Positions 27,200 to 40,319 of a stretch of DNA of 64,000 nt are shown one piece after another. Position 1 is the first letter of the stretch. Each line of letters begins with the position of its first letter. Source of the DNA: Squalus acanthias (Eukaryota); contig CM059453.1 in NCBI GenBank assembly GCA_030390025.1, forward strand, positions 6,820,001 through 6,884,000, in the 5' to 3' direction. The position numbers and the translations under genes were made by a program. The notes under the pieces were generated by a model. It was not told where the DNA came from. It did not search any database and saw only the letters and a program-made list of their open reading frames with translations.

Positions 27200-27579
27200 C
27201 TAAAACAGAAATAATTACGTCAGTACACATAGTCTGACGTTTATTAATATCACTGGCCGAAGCGATCTCGATGCTGAGTTCGTATGTACCCTCATCACCC
27301 TTCCTGATATCCTTTAGCAGGAGGGAACATTGTTTCATTTCAATGTTACACTTGAACTGAGCTCTTCCACCATAGTTATATTGCTGCCTGTCTGGATCTT
27401 TAGAATCATAGATAATGGAGAAACCTTGGTTACCAGGAGCATGTCCCTCTTTAACCACGTCACACCCGCGATTCCCCGATAGTCTGGATAATCAAACATG
27501 CACCGGATCTCTGCACATGAACCGGCCACCGCCGACACAACTTTTGGCATCATCACAGAAAATTCAGCACTAAAAACAA
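27200..27579 (-). pseudogene. Gene A exon 2, Siglec-type V-set domain; 1-nt deletion at ~27444; essential Arg to Ser
   Basis: AVAGSCAEIRCMFDYP..TWLKR, frameshift, HAPGNQGFSIIY..RAQF..CSLLLKDI..DEGTYELSIE. 380 nt versus 387 nt in B (one 6-nt and one 1-nt indel). Confidence 0.9.
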
Positions 27580-28214
27580 CTGAGAAAAATAAATTAGACA
27601 CCCTTTAATTAGCCATTCAAAATGCATTTCAGCATCTTTATCATCCATTAAAGTATTTGTTAATTGACAAATAATCGCCCATCACAATAGCAATTAAAAT
27701 ATCAGTGAAGGTCTTTTCAAAATCAAGAAAAAATACTGAATAATTTCCAATCACAACACCTATTGAAATGGTCATAGGAGTACCTATTTGATAGAGATTT
27801 ATGAACCGGTAATATACATATTTAATACTCATTTAAAAAACAAATACATATCCACTAACAAGTAAGCGAACGCCCAATAAAAATTCTCATTAAATATACA
27901 TTAAAATATTGATCAAAATAAATATTAAACATCTATTGAATCTCCTTGGAATCACTCAATCAATATGAAGTAAATGTTATTAAATGTGCATTATAATAAA
28001 AATAACTTGAAAATCACAGAATTTAAATATTATTTGAGTAGGCTACAAACGCTATAAAACAACAATAACGCACAAGTTAAACAATCATGAAATTCCTATT
28101 TCACAAGTTCTGAAATCAATAACAAAAAAATCATTCATAATCGTTATTTTCCTGTTCCTTTCCCACAAGATAGAAATCACTTGCTGAAATTGTAAAAAAA
28201 AAGCAGAAATGTAC

Positions 28215-28257
28215 CTTCTGTCAACATTATGAGAGGCAGCAGCACGGAACTCCTCAT
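28215..28257 (-). CDS. Gene A exon 1, signal peptide
   Basis: gccATG, MRSSVLLPLIMLTE|gtacat; 43 nt, phase 1. Confidence 0.85.
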
Positions 28258-28379
28258 GGCTGGAAACTGCTGCCGATTTCACTCGCAAAATGAAGAACCC
28301 AGTTCACAATAAACACCATTCAGATTTCAGAATTCTTCTTTCCAGTCACATCTTGGATTTGTTTTGCTAATCAGGATCA

Positions 28380-28800
28380 GACTATCGGGGAAGTCCGATT
28401 CGGTTCCTACCTATCTGTAGGAACAGTGCTCACTCAATCAGCTCCGTTGGTGAGGTAGGCAGCTAACACATCTTGTGCATGGGCTGCGTGTGACCGACTG
28501 TTACAGAATATGATGTTATAGTATGTTTAACCGTTGCAAAATAATACTTAATACAGAAACAATATCTCTCTCTCTCGAACAAACACACACAAACACCAAA
28601 TGTACTGTTATTTATGATATTGATATATTGGCGCCTGTGATAGAAAGGCACCGCTCACACTTGCAGACGCCTCTGACTCACATTTCACACATATTCCGCT
28701 TTCTGGCAGCTAATACGAGATGAATTTTGAAGAGTTGTTAACTACAGTTAGTTAGCATGCTGCAGTCTGTGGACGTGTGGTTTCGTCACCTTCTTTCAGG
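28380..28800 (-). promoter_or_regulatory. Putative upstream regulatory region of gene A (GGGGAAGT PU.1/ETS-like at 28387-28394; TGTGGTTT RUNX at 28776-28783)
   Basis: Both motifs are retained in the gene B copy (41227-41234; 40837-40844). Motif match only. Confidence 0.35.
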
Positions 28801-29099
28801 AGCGCTCCAACATGTATCTCTGACGTACTAGATAGGAGCTGTTTGGCAATAAACGATTTGATGCTGTGGTAAACTGCCTTTCTTCTAAATATTTAACTCT
28901 TTACATTCACACTCAAGCTCAGTAATTTTGCAGAACTTAAGAAAAATGCCAACCTATTTGTTGCAGTGCTTTTATTGAAATTTAGTTGTGAGGTCTGGGA
29001 CGTGTAAAATGGACTTAAGGTTCCTGTCGTAAATACAAATATTGCTGTAACAGACACAGATAAAATTGATTGACGCAATAGTTTCGACCAAACAGATCA

Positions 29100-29395
29100 G
29101 TGTGGTCAATATCGGGAGGCACTGTTTTTCTCATTGGCCACCCGGTGCGGAGTGGAATTCGGAGGACCTCCTCGTGGATATGCTTCTGGGCCTGGCTAAG
29201 GTGGCCATTCACAGGTCGAGGCATCACTCGGTCCAGGTGATTATTTGGTCTGACTGCCTGCCACCCATCACGTTCGTGTGTCCTTGAAGTGGGAGCATGC
29301 TTTGATTGCCTGCATGATTGAGGCCTTCCGCGACCGGTGGACACTGGAGGGACGAGAGTGCATTGTCGACACGGCCAAAAATGCTATTATTATAA
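29100..29395 (+). mobile_element. L1/Tx1-clade LINE ORF2 C-terminal fragment
   Basis: EDLLVDMLLGLAKVAIHRSR...DCLP...EHA...AFRDRW pattern. Confidence 0.6.
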
Positions 29396-29509
29396 AAAGT
29401 TTCTCTTTACATTTAATGACAATTTGAACCTTTTTGATTGTGCGTAAAAATGGTGCAATTGTGTTAATTTTTATTAGTTTGGTGACACGTCATCCACACT
29501 GGCCAATCA

Positions 29510-31686
29510 GAGAAGAGTAGCAAATCTCAGAAAAGTGTAGAAGTAATAGGGTAATAATAGTAGGGGTTTTCAACTTCCCCAATTTTAACTGGGAGAGTCA
29601 GAGTGTGTTAGGCTTCGAGGGTGCGGAATTCTTACATTACATCCAGGAGAGCTTTTTGAGCCAGCATGTAGAAAGTCCTACAAGAGAGGGGGCAGTACTG
29701 GACCTAATTCTAGGATTGGTAGCCGGACAAGTGGTAGAAGTTTCAGTCGGAGAGTATTTTGGTGACAGTGACCATAATTCCGTGAGATTGAAGGTGGTCA
29801 TGGAAAAGGACAAAGATGGACCGGAAATAAAGGTTCTAAATTGGGGGAAGGACAATTTTAATATGATAATGCAGGATTTGGCCAAATTGGACTGGGATCA
29901 GCTACTTGTAGAAATATCCACATCAGAGCAATGGGATTCTTTCAGGAAGGAAATAGAGAGTGTACAATGCCAACATGTTCCCGTAAAGGTCAAGGGTCGG
30001 ACCAATAATCCGCGGGAACCCTGGATGTCAAGGGATATACAAGAATGGATTAGGAAAAAAAGTGAGGCTTTTGGCAGATACAAAGCTCTAAAAACAGTGG
30101 AAGTTCTAGAGGAGTATAGAAAGTGCATGGGGGTACAGAAAAAAGAAATTAGGAAAGCGAAGAGGGGGCATGAAAAAACCCTGGCGGGAAAATAAAGGAA
30201 AATCCCAAGATGTTTTATAAGTATATTAACGGCAAGAGACTTACCAGGGAAAGAGTAAGTCCCATTAGGGACCAAAGTGGCAATCTGTGTGTAGAGCCGG
30301 AAGATGTAGGTGAGGTTCTAAATGATTATGTTGCATCTGTGTTCACTATGGAGAAGGGTGATGTAGGCATAGAAATCAGGCAAGGGCATTATGATACACT
30401 GGAAGAAATTATTATTGAGAGGGAGGAGGTATTAGCGGTTTTAGCGGGCTTAAAAGTGGATAAATCCCCAGGCTGCTGTGTGAGGCAACGGAGGAGATTG
30501 CTGTGGCTCCGACACAAATTTTCAGAACCTCTCTTGCCACAGGGGAGGTGCCAGAGGACTGGAAACCAGCTAACGCAGTACCATTGTTCAAGAAGGTTAG
30601 GAGGGAATATCCAGGGAATTATAGGCCAGTGAGCCATACATCAGTGGCAGGGGAATTATTGGAAAATATTCAGAGGGACAGAATTAGTCTCCACTTGGAG
30701 AGGCAAGGATTAATCAGGGATACTCATCATGGCTTTGTCAGGGGGAAATCATTTCTGAACAATTTGATAGAATTTTCCGAGGGGGTGATTGGTGTCTGGA
30801 TGAGGGTAGTGCAGTTGATGTAGGCTACATGGACTTCAGTAAGGCTTTTGACAAATTCCCGCATGCGAGACAGATCAAGAAGGTAAGAGCCCATGGGATC
30901 CAGGGCAATTTGGCACATTGGATCCACAATTGGCTTAGTGGCAGGAGGCAGAGAGTGATGGTCCAAGGTTATTTTTGTGACTGGAAGCCTGTGTGCAGTG
31001 GTGTACCGCAGGGTTGGTGCTGGGTCCTTTGCTATTTGTACTCTACATTAATGATTTAGATATGAATGTAGGAGGTATGATCAGTAGTTTCGCAGATGAC
31101 ACGAAAATTGGTGGAGTGGTAAATAGCGAGGAGGGAAGCCTCTGGCTACAGCACGATATAGACGGGATGTTTAGACGGGCAGAACAGTGGCAAATTGAAT
31201 TTAACCCTGAAAAGTGTAAGGTGATGCATTTTGAGAGGACTAACAAAACAAGGTAATACAGAATGAAGGGCAGGACCCTAGGAAGGACAAAGGATCAGAG
31301 GGACCTTGGTGTTCATGTACATAGATCCCCGAAGACAGCAGGACAGGTAGATGAGGTGGTTAAAAAGGCATATGGGATACTTGCCTTCATTAGCCGAGGC
31401 ATAGAATATAAGAGCAGGGAGGTTATGATGGAGCTGCAGTTAGGCCACAGCTGGAATACTGTGTGCAGTTCTGGTCGCCTCACTATAGGAGGGATGTGAT
31501 TGCATTGGAGAGGGTGCAGAGCAGACTCACCAGGATGTTACCTGGGCTGGAGCGCTTCAGCTATGAAGAGAGGCTGGAAAGGCTGGGGTTGTTTTCCTCA
31601 GAGCCGAGCTTGCTTAAAGGGGTCCTGATTGAGATGTACAAACGTATGAAGGGCCTCTTTTTGTGCTGTGTCACTCTATGACTCTT
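29510..31686 (+). mobile_element. CR1 LINE, 5'-truncated, ORF2 fragmented (APE endonuclease end plus RT)
   Basis: PTREGAVLDLIL..SDHN; VPEDWKPANAVPLFKK..PGNYRPVS; MDFSKAFDK; SGVPQG..LGPLLF; FADDTK; QFWSPHYRRD. Multiple frameshifts. Confidence 0.95.
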
Positions 31687-32239
31687 AGAATCTGTGACTC
31701 GAACAATGGCTCATTTCCCAAGTAACCCACCCCGCTTTGTGATGCTGTAGAAAAGCTCCCTGTTCCAGTCACGCATCGATTCCGCTCAATTGCCCAGGTT
31801 CATGGGAGAGTTTACACTGGGGACTTCTGCTATTGTGTGTGAGTGGAAACTTGAACGTAAATTCAGCTAGTCAACAGTGGTGCAATTTCCAGCGTATTCT
31901 GGGTGCAGTTTACAATTAAGCCACCAGCCGGAAAACCCTGCCACCTTTACGAAACTAGGTAGAACTAGGCACCAAGAGAATGGAGAGGAAGAGAGCGAGA
32001 GGGAGACAGTAAAGATATGCACAGTGAACATGATGGGATTAAAATCAAATTGAGAAAGTAACAGTAATAAGAGAAGAACTTTTGAAAAAGAAGCATGTCA
32101 TTAGTGGGCAGTAAGCAGTGAGGAAGCGAAATTTAGGAAGGAAGGTCAGACAAGTCAAGCAGTTTGATTAGGGCAGAATAAGACTTTAAATATCTGCAGA
32201 GTGTAAGAGGAAGGAGAGATGGGTGAGGAAGTAGAGTGG

Positions 32240-32652
32240 ATTGTGCCTATACTCCCTGGAGATAAGTAGAATGAGAGGTTATCTCATTGAAACATATAAG
32301 ATTATTTCGGGAAATGTCAGGGTAGATGCTGAGAGGTTGTTTCCCCTGGCTGGAGAGTCTAGAACCATGGGGCATAATACCAGGATAAGGGGGCGGCCAT
32401 TAAAGACTGAGATGACGAGGAAATGGGTATTGAATCTTTAAATTCTCTACCCCAAAGCGTTGTGGATTCCGAATTGTTGCTTATATTCAAGGCTGATCTA
32501 GATTTTTGGATATCAAGGGACTCAACGGGCATGGAGATAGGGAGGGAAAGTGGAGTTGAGGTCGAAGATCAGCCATGATCTTATTGAAAGGTGGAACAGG
32601 CTGGAGGGGCCATATGGCCTACTCCTGCTCCTAATACCTATGATCTTATGAA
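32240..32652 (+). mobile_element. CR1 3' fragment
   Basis: LYSLEISRMRGYLIETYKI...RIRGRPLKTEM plus CR1 3' hairpin and tail. Confidence 0.8.
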
Positions 32653-34009
32653 CTTTTTAGTTTTGAGCATTTAGCTCAACTTGCTCAACAAGCTAAAACA
32701 AAAAACAAATTATTACAGCTATTTCAGATTGCCCCGGGGACGGTTGTCAAGGAGATCTTCTGAGAAAATAACACGAGGTAATCCTGAAAATTGAGGCAGA
32801 ATACTTGGGATAATTGAAAGAGCAGATTCTAGATTTATTTCAAATATCAGAGAAAAGCGAATCAAATCCGAGTGTGCAGTTCATGCTCTCGGAGTTATAC
32901 CTGGAGATATATATTAAGACAGATCATTAATCGTCTGCTTTCAAGTTGGATTATCCCCTGGTAATTTAAACACTGTGTCGTATGCAGAGGAGCCGCTAGT
33001 TGTTTCGCAAAACATTTCCTTATATTAAATGATCCAACATGTGCACCCGGTGCTGAGCTTTGTACAGGGGATTGCATATTTACATTTCCTTATTTTTATG
33101 TCTTCTGAACTAAACATATAGGAAAGCAATCTTAGCGCAGTTATTTCAAATTTACACAAAGGACAAAACCATGTCTGAAAATCAGTGTCAGTCTGCAAGC
33201 TCTTCGTGTCCTCCTCACAACTTACTGCCCCACCTATCTTTGTAACGTCAGCTAACTTGGGATACATTTCCTTTCATACTAGGCACGGGATTTCTGCATT
33301 CGTGATGGTGTTGCTGCAGTAGGGAGATTCCCTCTAGCATGTCTGTGTGTTGTTGACGTTTTACAGTTAAATAGAATTACATAGAATGGGCAGCACACAA
33401 GCAGGCCATTGGGCCCAGTTGTCTATTTCGGTGTTTATGCACCACAAACAATATCTCCCTCCCTAATTCATCTGATTCAATCAGCATAACCATCTATTCC
33501 TGTCTCCTACATATGTTGTTCTAGCTTCTCCTAGAATGCACCTATGCTATTCGCCTCAATTACACCAGGCGGTCGCGAGTTCCACATTCTACCGTAATGC
33601 TTTTTAAAAAAATGTTTCCTTAAAATATTCCTGGATATTTTTAAGAGTGTTAAATTGTTAAAGTTTGATTAATACAGCTGAAACTGTGATTATCACAAGA
33701 AAGAACAATTTTGAATCACGGAGTCAAGCCACCAACTATGAGTAACCCGATTATAATTGACTGAAACTCACTTTAAAAAACTATAGTAAAAACTATGTTC
33801 TAGTTAGATTAGGATACAGTAGTCAATTCCTTAGGATAATTTTTTTTCGTTCAATACCTTTCAAAATGTACGTATTAGTGCCTAAGAAAATCCAGTTTAA
33901 TTTTGGGCCTGCAAACGAGCACAATTAGAGAAAACTAACAAAAGGAGATTAACTCATTCTGGAGGCGTGGCCAGTAGTTTGGATGGTCCTGCTTCATTAT
34001 TTCTAATTT

Positions 34010-34410
34010 ATTTATTCGTTCCTGGGATGTGGGGGTCGCTGGCAAGGCCGGAATTTATTGACCACCCCTAATTGCCCTTGAGAAGGTGGTGGTGACCCAC
34101 CTTCTTAAACCGCTGCAGTCCGTGTGGTGTAGGTACTCCCACAGTGCTGACATTTTCGCAGTGGTTTGGTACAACTGAGTGGTTTGCTAGGCATTTTTAG
34201 AGGGCAGGTAAGAGTTAATCACATTGCTGTCGGTCTGGAGTCACATATAGGCCAGATCAGGTGAGGACGGCAGATTTCCTTCCCTAAAGGACATCAGTGA
34301 AGCAGATGGGATTTTACAACAATCTGGTAGTGGCATGTTCACCATTACTGATGTTAGCTTTTTAATTCCAGATTTATTTAATGCACTGAATATAAATCCC
34401 CCCAGCTGCC
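34010..34410 (-). mobile_element. Shark-type SINE (family of 6690/56760)
   Basis: Shared tail (gggatgtgggggtcgctggcaaggcc..) and body (ggcagatttccttccctaaaggaca). Confidence 0.7.
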
Positions 34411-34519
34411 AAGTTCTAGCGCGATGTTTTTAAAACTACGCCGATATCAGGGAAATTGCGTCGAAAAGGACCGCATTCGAGCGGATACTCCAGGCCCTTG
34501 TATTTACATATCGCCATTC

Positions 34520-34890
34520 ACAAACACAGTACATTCAAATGCGCTTTACAGCCAATGAAGTACTTTTGAAATATTGTAAGGTTGGAATCGCAGCAACCAT
34601 TTTAGCATACAACAAGGTCGCCCAAAATCATCAATGTGATATTGAACAGATAATCTGTTTTGGTGCGGTTGATTGAGGGATAAATACTGGCCCAGGACAC
34701 CGGGCAGAGCTACACTCCCATTTTCCGAAACAGTGGCAAGGAATCTTTTCAGGCACCAAAGTAGCATCAGTTTATCGTCTCATTCGCAAGGCAGCTTCTG
34801 CGCATGTGCCACACTCCCTCAGTAGTGCACTGGGAATGTCAACATGAATTTTGCGCTCAAGGCTCTGGAGTGGGACTTGGAACCAACGAC
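34520..34890 (-). mobile_element. DeuSINE (SacSINE1-like), decayed
   Basis: gctttacagccaatgaagtacttttgaa...gagggataaatactggcccaggacacc... Confidence 0.7.
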
Positions 34891-35417
34891 ATCTTGATTC
34901 AGATGCAATATATTGTGAAGATGAATGCTCTGAGATCTCAATTCGAATTACAGTTTAAACGTGGAGCTGAAAACACAACAGGTCCTTTAAAGATTCAGCT
35001 TACACTCTAAGCGGATGTTGCCTGACCGCAAATAAATTTATTCCGGTCCAATTGTCCAGAATGATTCACACCGAAGAACGTCATAGATAGCAGTGGGCTG
35101 TGTTCTGCAGTAACCACAACTACAGAGGCGCTGAATAGAACCCAGCACTTCACACCTCCCCTCTTTTGCTATACTGGCACACGGTGTAAACAAACCCACC
35201 TCGGTGCAGCCGCAACGAGTGAGAAACTGAGCATGCTCCATATGAACAGTCAGCGTTAAACCCAAATTGAGCCCCGAATTTCACCACACATCATTTCAAA
35301 CTTCGGCTTCAAAGCAAATTGGTCTTGTGTGGAGCTTCATTGAGCAGGGGGCATTGCACCAACCGCCACTCTGTGATTGACCAGACATTATGGCTTATTT
35401 TATTGTTATTGCAAACT

Positions 35418-35632
35418 GAGACCTGGGTCTGAACACACATCCCTAAAGAAGTCAGTAAAACCAGGCTGTGACTGGGTCTGAACACACATCCCTAAACTAG
35501 TCAGTAAAACCAGGCTGAGACCTGGGTCTGAACACAAATCCCTAAACTAGTCAGTGAAGCCAAGCTGAGACCTGGGTCTGAACACACATCCCTAAACTAG
35601 TCAGTAAAACCCAACTGCGACCTTGGTCTGAA
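35418..35632. repeat. ~50-bp tandem repeat (~4.3 units)
   Basis: Unit gagacctgggtctgaacacacatccctaaactagtcagtaaaaccaggct. Confidence 0.9.
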
Positions 35633-35889
35633 TAGAAGAACCAAACAAACTCGGCCCTGGATTTGAACCCCCTTCACACCGCCAAAAAAATGGTTGTCCC
35701 AATGGATGATTTTAATCTCTTAGTTGTTTAATAAAAATAAACTGGGCACTGGAACCGCACTCACATCCCTGAAGTGCTCTGTAAAATCAGACTGGACCCT
35801 GGATCTTACCGCAAATTCCATCTCCCTTTCTCAGACTTTCTCTGTCAGAATGTCTCTCACACATTTTGACTTCTCTCTCTCTCTTTTTT

Positions 35890-36270
35890 CGCTAGAAAAC
35901 GAGAAGGCTGAGCTGTGGCCTAATAGAGGACTTGAAAATCACGATAGGGTTTTTGAGGGTAGATGTAGAGAAGGTATCCCTATTTGTGGGGAGTGCAAAA
36001 CTCGGGGTCATATATCTATGATTATCACCAATAAATCCAGTCGAGATTCAGTAGAAGCTTCACTACCCAGCGTGGTGAAAATGTGAAACTTGCTACCGCA
36101 GTGAGTGGTTGAGGCGAATAACATAGATACATTTAAGGGGAAGCTAGACAGGTACATGTGGGAGAAATATAGAGAAGGATATGCTGATAGGGTTAGAAGA
36201 GGTAAGGTGGAATAAGGCTCATTAGGAGCATAAACATACTGGCCTTTGTTTATATGTAATTATGTAAATG
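35890..36270 (+). mobile_element. Decayed CR1 3' fragment followed by (CT)n at ~36287-36315
   Basis: SLExRRL...KTRGH...VVKMxNLLP-like remnants. Confidence 0.55.
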
Positions 36271-36283
36271 TTATTCACTCTCT

Positions 36284-36318
<35 letters not shown>

Positions 36319-38657
36319 TCCCTCATTATCTGTCAATTAAGGGTATTAAAAGAGAATAAAAAAGGTGAGCAACTGCGATTTCAAACGGGTATAAAAAGGG
36401 GGTTTAAAAGTGATCTAATAGAGGTTTAAAACGGAGATCTAAGGCGGATCATGAAGGGGGTGAACAGGGGCTGTAGCACTGAGGTTAAGTACTGGTTTTA
36501 TTAAGGGGTTGACAGTAGTATTTAAAAGGGGGGTTTAAAGAAGTGTAATTACAAAGAGGGAAGGCGGGAGGATTATGTGGTCTCACCGGAAGTGACATCA
36601 ATCGCAGACATGACAGACAACAGCGAATGGGCTCTCATTGGATCTGTCATCATTTCATCAGTGAATATGAAATCCTACACTAGTGATTAGTAAGAAGATG
36701 AATATATTAAAAGAGGAATGGCCATTGGTCCAAAGGACGCTGCATCTTGCCCGTGTGAAATTCACCCTCATTGATTCTCATTCACTTATTTTTATGCTTG
36801 AGGGAATGGAATAATCACGGGGCACTCACGAGAAGGCAACGTCCCCTTTCCCAAATTTCGAAACCAAGAGATATTTCAGGTAAACTGTTATCGCACTGGA
36901 CTGAATGTTCAATTTAGTGCGTATTCATAATATAAGGCTTAAATAGTCACACTCAGAGCTCCACACGCAGTTTCCCTCTCGGACAATTATCATCCTCTGC
37001 ACCATTTACACATTCCTCAGTTCTTATATTGTATTTCCATTCACTGCCTGATGTTAGTTTATATGTTCTACTGGCCTTGTACTAACAGGTTTGTAAGCGA
37101 GTGATACCCATCCTGTAATGTCGGCCTCTGTTGTCTCGTCAGGACTTCTTCTTTCTCGCCTTACTAAACAATATGATTATCTTCCGTTTTCAATTCTGAT
37201 TAATTATATACCCAAAATGTCCACTGACATCTTCACCCCACAGACAGCGACTGACCTGTTATGCCTTGTCAACAGTTCCTGGTGTTCTTCAATGGATGTG
37301 TGCCCGGGACGTTCAAGAGTCCTGAGTAATGAGGCTGCTGTGACCCTCTCCTTGTGTGCGTCAGAAAATAATGGAGAATTAAATATCTTTGCTGTGTTGA
37401 GAAGTCCAATTAGTATGAATAGAATGTGCAAAATATTGTAATGGGTGAGCGCCAGAAAAATAAACAATTTGCTCTGGAAAGTGTAACGGATTTCAGATTA
37501 GAATTGTGAAAATGGGAAAGAGTGAGTTGTGCAAACTGCACGAGGCTCATCCGAGGTGCTTTACTGAGATCTATAAGGTAAGGTAGCGATTGATTACTAA
37601 CCTCTGCATGGTAGCAGTGATACGGTCCTCTTATCTTCCAAAGAATCTGAACTAATTCTGCTTCATAATCTGATTCCAAATGCGCCCAGCTTGAAGCTGG
37701 ACTGTGTGCGAATGAGGTTCCCGATTGTATCCAGGATTTGATCCCACTGATCAATTTGCAGGGATTTGTTCCCGTAGATAAAAATATCACGTTGTTTCCA
37801 GCAGCATTGACACTCCAATCTGAAAGCTCACGTCACATCTCACAGTTCTAGCATTAAAGTCAGAATCTTCATAAACCCGTCATTGTAGCAACTCGGATCT
37901 CAATGAGTTAATTTCAGCAGATTTCACCTCGCTGGACTGTTAATATAAACAGCTGAAGTCACTTATAAAAATGGCAGTTTACGCTCTTGAAACTGTTTTC
38001 AGAGAAACATGAAACATTTGACATTTCAGATACGTGTTGTGCCCCCGAACTACTGAAGGTGATCAACCCACACGTCTGCAGACAACGGCTACAGGACTAA
38101 CCACAGCTTCACACTTCAAACACTCGCAGTTCAAGGGCTGATAAATAGCTCAGTGTGTGGGAGTTGAGAGTCGAGGCGTCTAAAGTTGATGCAGAGGCTA
38201 TTTTAGATATTGCAATCTAAAGTGCCACTGCCTGTCCTGTAACTGTGCAGATGATGAGGGGCTGGGTGCATCTCTGCTCAGGGTTATTTTGCAATGGGTG
38301 AGCCTCATATATCCTGCAACAGCGGGCCACACACTGATGTAAACTGTTATATTTGAAGAGTCCCAGATTTCCAACAGTTTAGATCACCAACATTTCAGGA
38401 GTGGCGAAAGCTGTGTGAGCTACCACGGTTCCCAATGATTGTTGGGTGGCGAACAGCTGACCTCCTAATACTCTGATTCGATTCATTACGAACTCCAATA
38501 TATTAGCGGCGAACCGAAAACAGAAACTACATCACTTATATCTGAGATAAAAACTATTTATGTCATTTTGACATCGTCAACCGCCTCCAGTCATGAAGAA
38601 TATTAAATTTATTTCCAATCCGATATTTAGCGAAGGTAAAACATATTCATAGGGTAT

Positions 38658-38916
38658 GTGGTTAAAGGGAGTCCTGATCCTGGAACCTCACGGGTCTCGA
38701 TTATCTATGATTCCAGGGATTCAGACAACGTACCCTTAAATTATAGCGGGCGAGCTGAGTTCACCGGCGAATTTATAAAGAAACAATGTTCCTTACGATT
38801 AAAGGACAACGGCAAGCGCGATCAAGGTGACTATTATTACATATTGAAGATCATCACTGCCTTGAATACTACAGAAGGATATTCTTCCGGATCTAAAGTC
38901 ACACTTTTTATTTTAT
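38658..38916 (+). pseudogene. Gene E: 3' part of a Siglec-type V-set exon (5' half missing)
   Basis: WLK, frameshift, SPDPGTSRVSIIYDSRD..YSGRAEF..CSLRLKD..DQGDYYYILK..KVTLFIL|gtaagt. The essential-Arg position is ATA (Ile). Confidence 0.85.
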
Positions 38917-39074
38917 GTAAGTTTTTTGAATTGTTCAATTATAGTTTATCTTCCATCTCCTCAGTGCCATTTAACTTGAGCTTAAAGTGTAAAGATATCT
39001 TGTTACTCTTGGCCCAAGTCACAGGCTACAGCGGCAGGACTGGTACACTGCATAATACCCATGAGTGTGTTGTA

Positions 39075-40318
39075 GAATAGAATCATAGAATCATAGAATC
39101 TTACAGCACAGAAGGAGGCCAGTCGGCCAACCACGCCTGTGCCGGCTCTTTAAAAGAGCTATAAAATTTAGTCCCACTCCCCATATTTTTTCACATAACC
39201 CTGTAAATCAACCTTTTTTTTTAGGACAGCTCCAACTGTTTTTTAAAAGTTCCCATTGAATCGGATTCCACCATCCTTTCAGCTGAAGCATTCTAAATCT
39301 TATCAACCCTCTGGGTGAAGACATTTCTCCTCATTTCCCAACGAGTTCTTAGTCGAATTGGTTTAAATCTGAGACCTTTGGTTACCAACACACTTGCCAG
39401 AGGATATGGTTTCTCCTTAATAATTCTATCAAAACCCCTCACTTTTGAATAGCACTATAAGGTCTCCCGTTATCCTTATCTTCTATAAGGAGAACAATCC
39501 CAGCTTCTCTAATCTCTCCACGTATGTGAACGTCTTCATCCCTTGTATTATCCTGGCAAACTTCTTCGATACCTCCTCCAGGGCCTTGAACTGCTTCCTT
39601 AAATGTACTGCCGAGAATTGTACACAACACTCCAGCTGACGCCAAACCAGAGATTTGTAAAACTTGAACATGACTTCCTTGTTTTTGTATTCAATGCCCC
39701 TATGTAAAAAGAACCGAATTATCTTATATGCTTTCTTGTTAAACACCTTGTCAATTTACACTGCCATCTTCAAAGATTTGTGAATATGTACCCCATGTCC
39801 CTCTGTTCTTGCAGCTAACCTCAAAATGGGACTATTTAGATTATATTGCCTCTCCATACATTTCACCCAACGTGCATTACTTCATACTTATCCGCAGCAA
39901 ATTGCATCTGCCATATGCCTGCCCATTTTACCAATCTGTCGATGTACTCCTGAAGTTTGCTTCAATCATGCTCACTATTTAACACGTTGCCAAGTTTTGT
40001 ATCACGCTCAAACTTCGAAACGTTACTCCCAATACCAAAGTCTAGGTCATTTATATAGAACAAGATTAGCAATGGTCCTAAGATCGACCCCCTGCGGGAT
40101 GCCACAGCATACTTCGCTCCTGTCAGAAAAACAGCCGTTCACCACTTCACTCTGCCTCCTATCCCTCAGCCAATTTCGTACTCACGTTGCCACTGTCCCT
40201 TAAATAAAATGTGCTGCTATTCTCCGAATAGATCTGTTATGAGGTACTTCATCCAATGTCTTTTTAACGTCCATATATACAACAGCTACTGCACTACCTT
40301 CATCAAACCTCTCTATTA
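39075..40318 (-). mobile_element. CR1 LINE 3' portion in the intron after the gene E V exon
   Basis: atagaatc tail repeats; GIEYKNKEVM..QLECCVQF..LEKLGLFSL. Confidence 0.85.
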
Positions 40319-40319
40319 G

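Larger units (their letters stand above)
17127..28257 (-). pseudogene. Siglec/MAG-like receptor gene A (SP-V-C2-C2-C2-TM-ITIM tail); frameshift in exon 2 and stop in exon 3
   Basis: Eight exons with GT-AG sites and consistent phases: 28215-28257, 27200-27579, 24695-25006, 23916-24173, 22702-22989, 21784-21877, 19033-19120, 17127-17294. Confidence 0.92.
3440..28935. repeat. Left arm of large diverged inverted duplication
   Basis: Collinear reverse-complement matches to 40686-61094 across exons, introns, SINEs and minisatellites. Examples: 3440-3700 vs 60830-61094, 6060-6500 vs 57430-57860, 8090-8960 vs 54470-55510, 22700-28930 vs 40690-46500. About 9.0-9.6 kb and 11.6-16.7 kb have no clear counterpart. 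Confidence 0.93.

Noticed and set aside
37512-37577. ATG...AAG|gtaagg as the leader exon of gene E
   Set aside because: MGKSELCKLHEAHPRCFTEIYK is not hydrophobic, is phase 0, and lies upstream of the promoter-homologous block.
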